Origin: Pseudobdellovibrionaceae bacterium | GTDB lineage: Bacteria; Bdellovibrionota; Bdellovibrionia; Bdellovibrionales; Bdellovibrionaceae | DNA: 13,083 nucleotides | Direction of reading: 5' to 3' | NCBI GenBank assembly: GCA_044359815.1 | Contig: JBIKLL010000075.1 | Location: 1 to 13,083 of the forward strand | Shown here: in pieces, positions 7,939-13,083 of the stretch | Layout of the letters: every line of letters begins with the position of its first letter | Position numbering within the stretch: the stretch's first letter is position 1 | Program-made: the position numbers and the translations under genes | Notes under the pieces: model-generated | Database searches by the model: none | Seen by the model: only the letters and a program-made list of their open reading frames with translations | What the model was told of the DNA's origin: nothing

Positions 7939-8337
7939 TCAGACAATAAGTGACTTTGCCCATGCATTTATTTGTCTTCCTAAATTAAGTGCCGAATCCA
8001 AGTCTTGTTCGCTAAGAACTTGATAGCCTTCTTCATACCTACGAACAGTTGCAAAAGGCGTTAACGAGTCTAACAAATGCGCTTGCGGAGGCTTAACATC
8101 CTCGGGCAAACTTGCAACCAAGGCTTCCAAGTCATGAGAAGTTAAAATACTTTGAGTTTTATAGCAGCTGACGGCCTTCAGAGATTTTTCAATAGATTGT
8201 TGAACCAGATAAAGCACATTTTCGGGACGACCGCCAATTGCCTTTCTTAATAACTCAGCTGACTGAAGGTCACCGGTTGCAATTCTCAATAATTGAAAAG
8301 CATATTCAGTTTTATATTTTTTCTTAATAGGGCTCAT
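7939..8337 (-). CDS. HEPN domain-containing protein
   Basis: ATGDLQSAE, YLVQQSIEKSLKA, SHDLEAL, RRYEEG are typical of MNT-associated HEPN proteins. Likely start ATG 8337 in a TAATG overlap with the MNT stop (the ORF track gives 8352). Confidence 0.88.
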   Translation of the reverse strand: MSPIKKKYKTEYAFQLLRIATGDLQSAELLRKAIGGRPENVLYLVQQSIEKSLKAVSCYKTQSILTSHDLEALVASLPEDVKPPQAHLLDSLTPFATVRRYEEGYQVLSEQDLDSALNLGRQINAWAKSLIV

Positions 8338-8702
8338 TAGACCCATTTCCAATGGGGATAAAGCTCAACACCGTTATCCTTGATCTCAAGACATATCCCA
8401 CCAATATTTTCGACATTGTTTTCAAACTTCGCCTTTGTAAAAATCAGCAAATCCGTAGGCCACTTTCCTAAAACTTTTTTTTCAGATAGTTTTTTTCTAA
8501 ATTCTGTTTCATTAAAATCGTTTGATACAATTATGGCCAAATCAATGTCTGATTCATTGTTCACATTTTTGGTAACCATTGATCCAAACAGAATCACTGC
8601 GGCAGTTGGGTCCAGTTCAGCAACCGCTTGAATCAGATTTTCTAGAATATTTTTGATATAATTCAAATCAACTTGATCTGATCTTAGTTTATCTAAACTC
8701 AT
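8337..8702 (-). CDS. Minimal nucleotidyltransferase (MNT), partner of HEPN
   Basis: VILFGS...ESDIDLAII (GS..DxD) with a third acidic residue in PTDLL. Start ATG 8702 preferred because the ORF-track extension to 8831 runs through repeat DNA. Confidence 0.88.
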   Translation of the reverse strand: MSLDKLRSDQVDLNYIKNILENLIQAVAELDPTAAVILFGSMVTKNVNNESDIDLAIIVSNDFNETEFRKKLSEKKVLGKWPTDLLIFTKAKFENNVENIGGICLEIKDNGVELYPHWKWV

Positions 8703-8750
8703 AGTTGATTTATGCCATGGACATTTTTTGAATTCAAAATAAAAAGGATC

Positions 8751-8979
8751 CACTTTCCCCGGGGAAAGTGAAAAAAACCTTAGGCAGACAAAAATAAATT
8801 TATGCCTTTGCTTTAAAACGAGTTCGGACATTAAGCTGCGCGGATGCTTATCATACTATGATCTTAGTAAATGCGCGCAGCTTGATGCCCGCTGTTCGAG
8901 TTTTAAAGTAAAGGCATAAATTTATTTTTGTCTGCCTAAGGTTTTATCAAACATCTGGATACTTTCCCCGGGGAAAGTG
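8751..8979. repeat. Hairpin element copy 2 flanked by palindromes P3 (8751-8770) and P4 (8960-8979)
   Basis: 46 bp IR 8774-8819/8900-8945 (45/46) encloses a core homologous to the reverse complement of 3954-4050; bracketed by (C/T)ACTTTCCCCGGGGAAAGTG. Confidence 0.92.
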
Positions 8980-9007
8980 GGGCACATGAAAGCGCAAAAG
9001 AAAGCGC

Positions 9008-9038
9008 AAAAAAAAAGCCGCTTGGTAGCGGCTTTTTT
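9008..9038 (-). terminator. Rho-independent terminator (bidirectional geometry)
   Basis: A9-GCCGCT-tggt-AGCGGC-T6; gives a 9-U tail on the minus strand downstream of the IMPDH/GMPR gene. Confidence 0.85.
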
Positions 9039-9099
9039 GGAGTTGTTCTAATTAATCAACCTTGTCCTTCTTGGTATTCTTCAGGGCTTGTTGACTACC
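9008..9099 (-). ncRNA. Candidate ~90 nt small RNA (or structured 3' UTR)
   Basis: Minus-strand TTGACC (9134-9129)-N18-TACGAT (9110-9105); 8 bp stem TAGTCAAC/GTTGATTA around a purine-rich loop; strong terminator. Confidence 0.35.
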
Positions 9100-9147
9100 T
9101 TGATATCGTAATATCACAGGGGGAATCAGGTCAAAGTCTTCATGGTC

Positions 9148-10197
9148 CTAAGGATTTAATCCGTGGGCTCTTGATTCTGAGACTCCGTTGCTGCTCATTT
9201 CCATAAACAAAGCTTTTTCAGAAATTTCAGCCAACGCAGAGGCGTTCAGATAAGACATTCCACTGCGAATTCCGCCAGTTAGCTCTAAAATCACATCTTT
9301 TACATGACCCTTGATTGGTACAAATGTTGATTCGCCTTCGGCCGCCATTCCCTCTGGGACGCCGCCCCTCCATGACACCTGAGCAGATTTTGAAGCCATG
9401 CCGCGGTATTGTTTTTTGCCGTGTTTAACTTCGCCGGGGGTTTCCAAAGTTCCCGAAAGCATGGATCCCAACATCACTGTTGAAGCCCCAGCCGCAAAAG
9501 CTTTTACCATATCACCAGAAGTTTTTATCCCACCGTCAGCGATCACAGGGATTTTGTATTCGCGAGCGACCTCAGAACATAGGGCAATGGCCGTTAGCTG
9601 AGGCACACCACAGCCTGTGATAATTCTGGTTGTGCACATAGAGCCTGGTCCAATCCCAACCTTGATTGCGTCAGCTCCGGCTTGGATTAAATCATAAGCA
9701 GCCTCGGGTGAAGCAATGTTTCCGGCAATCAAATCCACCTGTGGGTATTGATCCTTCATCCATTTCATCACATCCATCATGGTTACCGAATGTCCGTGGG
9801 CGATGTCGATAGTGATTAAATTGCAGCCATTTTGAATCAGTGCTGAAGCCCGTTCTTTGTAATCATCATTCACGCCAATGGATGCGGCAACAATCGATGC
9901 TCCAGTTTTTTTAACCTCGGTCACAAAACCAACTTGATCCTGTATGGATGCAAAACGGTGCAGGATTCCTACGGCACCGACTTCATTCATGGCTTTTGCC
10001 ATAGCTGATTCTGTGACGGTGTCCATATTGGCGCTGATAATTGGCGTTTTGATTTTTAAGTTTTTTGATAAATAGGAATCCAATTCCGGTTCCCGACGTG
10101 ATCTGATTTCAGATTTTTTAGGCATCAACAAAACGTCATCAAACGTTAAGCCTCGTCCACGTGATTTAATTTGCTTCCAAGAAAATGTCAGTTCCAT
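9148..10197 (-). CDS. IMP dehydrogenase / GMP reductase family protein lacking CBS domains
   Basis: [64 protein letters not shown]; 349 aa; AGAGGGG RBS. guaB versus guaC cannot be settled by eye. Confidence 0.92.
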   Translation of the reverse strand: MELTFSWKQIKSRGRGLTFDDVLLMPKKSEIRSRREPELDSYLSKNLKIKTPIISANMDTVTESAMAKAMNEVGAVGILHRFASIQDQVGFVTEVKKTGASIVAASIGVNDDYKERASALIQNGCNLITIDIAHGHSVTMMDVMKWMKDQYPQVDLIAGNIASPEAAYDLIQAGADAIKVGIGPGSMCTTRIITGCGVPQLTAIALCSEVAREYKIPVIADGGIKTSGDMVKAFAAGASTVMLGSMLSGTLETPGEVKHGKKQYRGMASKSAQVSWRGGVPEGMAAEGESTFVPIKGHVKDVILELTGGIRSGMSYLNASALAEISEKALFMEMSSNGVSESRAHGLNP

Positions 10198-10256
10198 AGG
10201 CCCCTCTGGTTTTAAAAATTATTTCTAGCCGAGAACCTCTGAAAAAACCAGTTTAT

Positions 10257-10907
10257 TTATGCTTTTTTCGGCAGCAGGGCTTTGTCAAATTGCAGGACCA
10301 AAAAGGTATACAGGAAGATATTTATTAATGTGTCGACAGCTACCAGCGGTATGGCCGTCCCGGGTGAAAAAGCAATTTGCTTGAATTCATTTAAGGGACT
10401 CATTAACAAAGGTAGCACGGCCGTAAAAAAAATCAAAATGAAGCATAGGGGCCAGAAAACCTTGTCAGACAGGGCTTTGGATTTTGCCAAGGCATCGACG
10501 CGTCCCTGATTGTATTCTGAGTCCGACAAAACGATCAGCGGTACAAACAAAAACTGCACCATCTTGATCAAACCTGGAATTATAAAAACTAATGTCCATA
10601 GCGCCGAAGTTCCCCAGGCACGCAGTTCTTCGATCACCAGCAGATTTAGTTTGTCAAAAACCGTTTGCAGCTTCAGGTTGTGGATGCCCGCATAAATTAA
10701 AACCAACATCATCAGCGGAAACAGAAAATTGACCAGTATGGAAACGGCAACCAAGCTCCATAAAAAAATCTCGTTGGTATTGGTTGCGTACAACTGAGCC
10801 TGCACTACCTGAGTGATGGTTTGATCAGACAACAGATACAAAAAAGTAACAGGGAACATAATGGCTCCCTGTTTTTTAATAACATTAATAAACATCAGGT
10901 TTAACAA
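10257..10907 (-). CDS. Hypothetical multi-pass membrane protein
   Basis: 216 aa with about 5 hydrophobic segments and an IIPGLIK motif; start uncertain. Confidence 0.75.
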   Translation of the reverse strand: MLNLMFINVIKKQGAIMFPVTFLYLLSDQTITQVVQAQLYATNTNEIFLWSLVAVSILVNFLFPLMMLVLIYAGIHNLKLQTVFDKLNLLVIEELRAWGTSALWTLVFIIPGLIKMVQFLFVPLIVLSDSEYNQGRVDALAKSKALSDKVFWPLCFILIFFTAVLPLLMSPLNEFKQIAFSPGTAIPLVAVDTLINIFLYTFLVLQFDKALLPKKA

Positions 10908-10955
10908 TAAGCTTTATGTTTTTCGCCGGTCAAGCCTGTAAAAAAACAAAAAAAC

Positions 10956-11435
10956 TTATTTTTGTTTCAGATACCTAGTGCATTCAAATTCTTCAGAAAT
11001 TTGTTCCTTGGATCTTTTGACCACGATCAAGGTTCCATCCACTTTGTCGCCGTGCTTGATGGGATTTGCATAGGTAAAATCCACTCTGAAAATCAGATAT
11101 TTTACGTCAGATAGCTGTTGTCCCATAATCATATCGTATCTGGTACCTGCGTTGTTAGTGCGCAGATCAATCAAACCAGTGTAGGTCAAACCATCGCTGC
11201 CGATCATGCTGTGAGCAGTTTCAAATCGATAAATGGTTTTTTTGCCATCTACGTATTCAGAATCAGAAACAACCATCACTGCACCTGTGCGAGTGCCTTT
11301 AGATGGAGTCACGTGGTTATAAATTTGTACATACAATGAGGATTCTTGGCTTTCGCAGCGAAAGCCATCGGCATGGGCCTTGGTCGCAAACATTAATAGG
11401 GCTGGGACAAAGAGTGCATAAATTTTTGCTTTCAT
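10956..11435 (-). CDS. Hypothetical secreted protein
   Basis: Sec signal peptide ending AHA; AAGGAG RBS; two Cys near the mature termini (FRCES, FECTRY). Confidence 0.85.
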   Translation of the reverse strand: MKAKIYALFVPALLMFATKAHADGFRCESQESSLYVQIYNHVTPSKGTRTGAVMVVSDSEYVDGKKTIYRFETAHSMIGSDGLTYTGLIDLRTNNAGTRYDMIMGQQLSDVKYLIFRVDFTYANPIKHGDKVDGTLIVVKRSKEQISEEFECTRYLKQK

Positions 11436-11636
11436 AAGGGTCTCCTTAGGTTAGTTTTTTGGATCAGCTGGTTCTAGGTCCAGACTGGGGTTTTGTAAAA
11501 TAATTCTTGGGCATGTTGATATGCATTTTTTGAAAGACCGTTGAAAGGCCAGGGTCTGGATTGCGGTCCTAAAGCTCAGAACCTATGGATTTGGCTCAAG
11601 AATCTGCCGAAAAGTGAGAGGTTGAGGTGTGACCAA

Positions 11637-13083
11637 ATGGGTTCAAATGCTAGCAGATTATTTATCGCCATGTCCCTGTCATTGTTGGGAATCGTTGGCA
11701 CTAAATATTGGGCAATCAAGACCGCGCCTAAAAATTCTGATTCAGACAAAACCCCTGTAGCTACATTAGTTGAATCAACCAATGAGGTTCGCAAAAAACC
11801 CACTGACAGATTGGTTTGGTTTGCCATTGAACCCGGCGATTTTTTATACGCTGGTGAAACGGTAAAAACCTCGGACAATGCAGATGCCAAAATTAAATTG
11901 TCAGCGGTTGATGGGGATCTGGAGATGGATCCGGATTCCGAAGTGGTATTGGAAGTCGACGATGGCAAAATGAATCTGGATTTCCTGAAGGGAAACATGG
12001 TTGTTAAAACCGAAAAGCCCACAGAAAATCTGACCATCAAAGCTGGCGAAAAAAAGATTGCCGTCAATCAGTCAACTTTGAACCTAGCTAAATCTAAAAC
12101 AGGTAAAGTGGACATTAAGGTTTTAAAAGGTAAAGCTGAAATCAAAATCGGCAACAAGGTTGTCGAATCTGTGAAGCCTGTTGAAATACCAAAAATTGAT
12201 TTTGTGGCCATACTGCCCAGAAATCAGGATGTGCTGATTATTCAGCCACAGATAAGTGACGCTATAAATTTTGAATGGAAGCCCATTCCTGAACATTATT
12301 CTGTGGTACTGGAAATGGGTCCCACAAAACAAGACCTTAAAGAAATCACCAAAGAAAAACAAACAGCCGGCAATGTGGCAAAGCTGACTCAGGTTGTGAA
12401 GGTCGGCAAATACTTCTGGCGCCTTAAAGCTGTCAGCAAAGACAAAGCTTATCCCGTGTTGTCGACAGGCATTTATAGCAATGAATTTATCGAGGTCAAA
12501 CCACCTGTGCTGGAGTTACCGCTGGCTGATCATGAAATCACACCATCAGTTTTTCCTGTCAGTATGAATTTTGCGTGGACCAATCCTGGGCAATTTAAAA
12601 AATTATCTTTTGAAATCGCAAAAGACCCATTGATGAAGGACCACTTGGTGGCCAAGCGGGTTGATAATGCTTTGTCGCGGTCAGAAAATATTCCCGTTGA
12701 GGGGACTTATTACTGGCGGGTCAGTGGTTATTTGGCAAACAGCACTGAGCCCGTTTCAAGTCCCATTTATAAATTCACTGTGGGCCCACAAAAACAATTG
12801 GAAACACCGTTTTTAGAATTGCCATTAAATAATTTTAAAATGACTTTGCGAGAATACAAAAAACAGTTTTTAAAAATGCGCTGGAAGCAGGTTGCTGATG
12901 CTGAAACTTATCGAATGTTTTTGCAAACTGTTGATAAAAACGGAGCTCGTAATCCGGCTTCGGATTCAAAACTAGCGGCCAAGTTTGAGGGTAGGACTAA
13001 TGAATTTATGGTCAGGGATTTAAAACCTGGCAAATACATTTGGTCTGTGATGGCAGCCAGCGGTAAGGGGCGACCCAGCAAAG
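11637..13083 (+). CDS. FecR-domain protein with Fn3/Ig-like repeats (3' partial)
   Basis: Not in the ORF track because it has no stop in the window. GAGGTG RBS; MGSNASRLFIAMSLSLLGIVG TM; FecR-like GDFLYAGETVKTSDNADAKIKL...VLKGKAEI; three repeats ending GKYFWRLKA, GTYYWRVSG and GKYIWSVMA. Confidence 0.85.
   Translation, partial: MGSNASRLFIAMSLSLLGIVGTKYWAIKTAPKNSDSDKTPVATLVESTNEVRKKPTDRLVWFAIEPGDFLYAGETVKTSDNADAKIKLSAVDGDLEMDPDSEVVLEVDDGKMNLDFLKGNMVVKTEKPTENLTIKAGEKKIAVNQSTLNLAKSKTGKVDIKVLKGKAEIKIGNKVVESVKPVEIPKIDFVAILPRNQDVLIIQPQISDAINFEWKPIPEHYSVVLEMGPTKQDLKEITKEKQTAGNVAKLTQVVKVGKYFWRLKAVSKDKAYPVLSTGIYSNEFIEVKPPVLELPLADHEITPSVFPVSMNFAWTNPGQFKKLSFEIAKDPLMKDHLVAKRVDNALSRSENIPVEGTYYWRVSGYLANSTEPVSSPIYKFTVGPQKQLETPFLELPLNNFKMTLREYKKQFLKMRWKQVADAETYRMFLQTVDKNGARNPASDSKLAAKFEGRTNEFMVRDLKPGKYIWSVMAASGKGRPSK

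Noticed and set aside
8703..8831. N-terminal extension of the MNT ORF to 8831
   Set aside because: It runs through the palindrome and hairpin arm; ATG 8702 gives a normal 121 aa MNT.
8811..8908. Hairpin core as a classical integron attC site (AAC...GTT boundary)
   Set aside because: Ends are TTAAAAC/GTTTTAA rather than RYYYAAC/GTTRRRY, large internal loops replace single extrahelical bases, and no intI is present.
6996..8979. CRISPR array interpretation of the four 20 bp repeats
   Set aside because: Spacings are about 900, 850 and 210 bp and contain whole genes; no cas genes.
363..11339. Remaining 60-112 aa ORFs nested within or antisense to called genes
   Set aside because: They overlap well-supported genes on the opposite strand and have no motifs.
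11587..11613. Second sigma-28 promoter (GCCGAAAA at 11606) before the FecR gene
   Set aside because: No TAAA-like -35 at the 15 nt spacing, so support is too weak.
11576..12362. Minus-strand ORFs 11576-12067 and 12123-12362
   Set aside because: Antisense shadows of the long plus-strand FecR-domain gene.

Overview
Bacterial chromosomal window; gene content and secreted/FecR-type proteins suggest a Bdellovibrionota-like organism (inference). In order: a perfect sigma-28 promoter upstream of an mlaE-mlaF-mlaD-lolC/E-like envelope operon whose ATPase motifs are all degenerate; a ~400 bp nested palindrome; dapD and mpaA divergent from lysA; an accessory island (~6990-9000) with BrnT/BrnA and MNT/HEPN toxin-antitoxin pairs separated by four copies of the palindrome CACTTTCCCCGGGGAAAGTG and interlocking ~100 bp direct repeats; a candidate small RNA; a CBS-less IMPDH/GMP reductase; two hypothetical genes; and a 3'-truncated FecR/Fn3-like gene. 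The most unusual signal is a hairpin element family (two full copies, one half copy). Its ~90 bp structured core is conserved, but each full copy has its own unrelated, near-perfectly complementary long arms. One full copy and the half copy border the TA cassettes.
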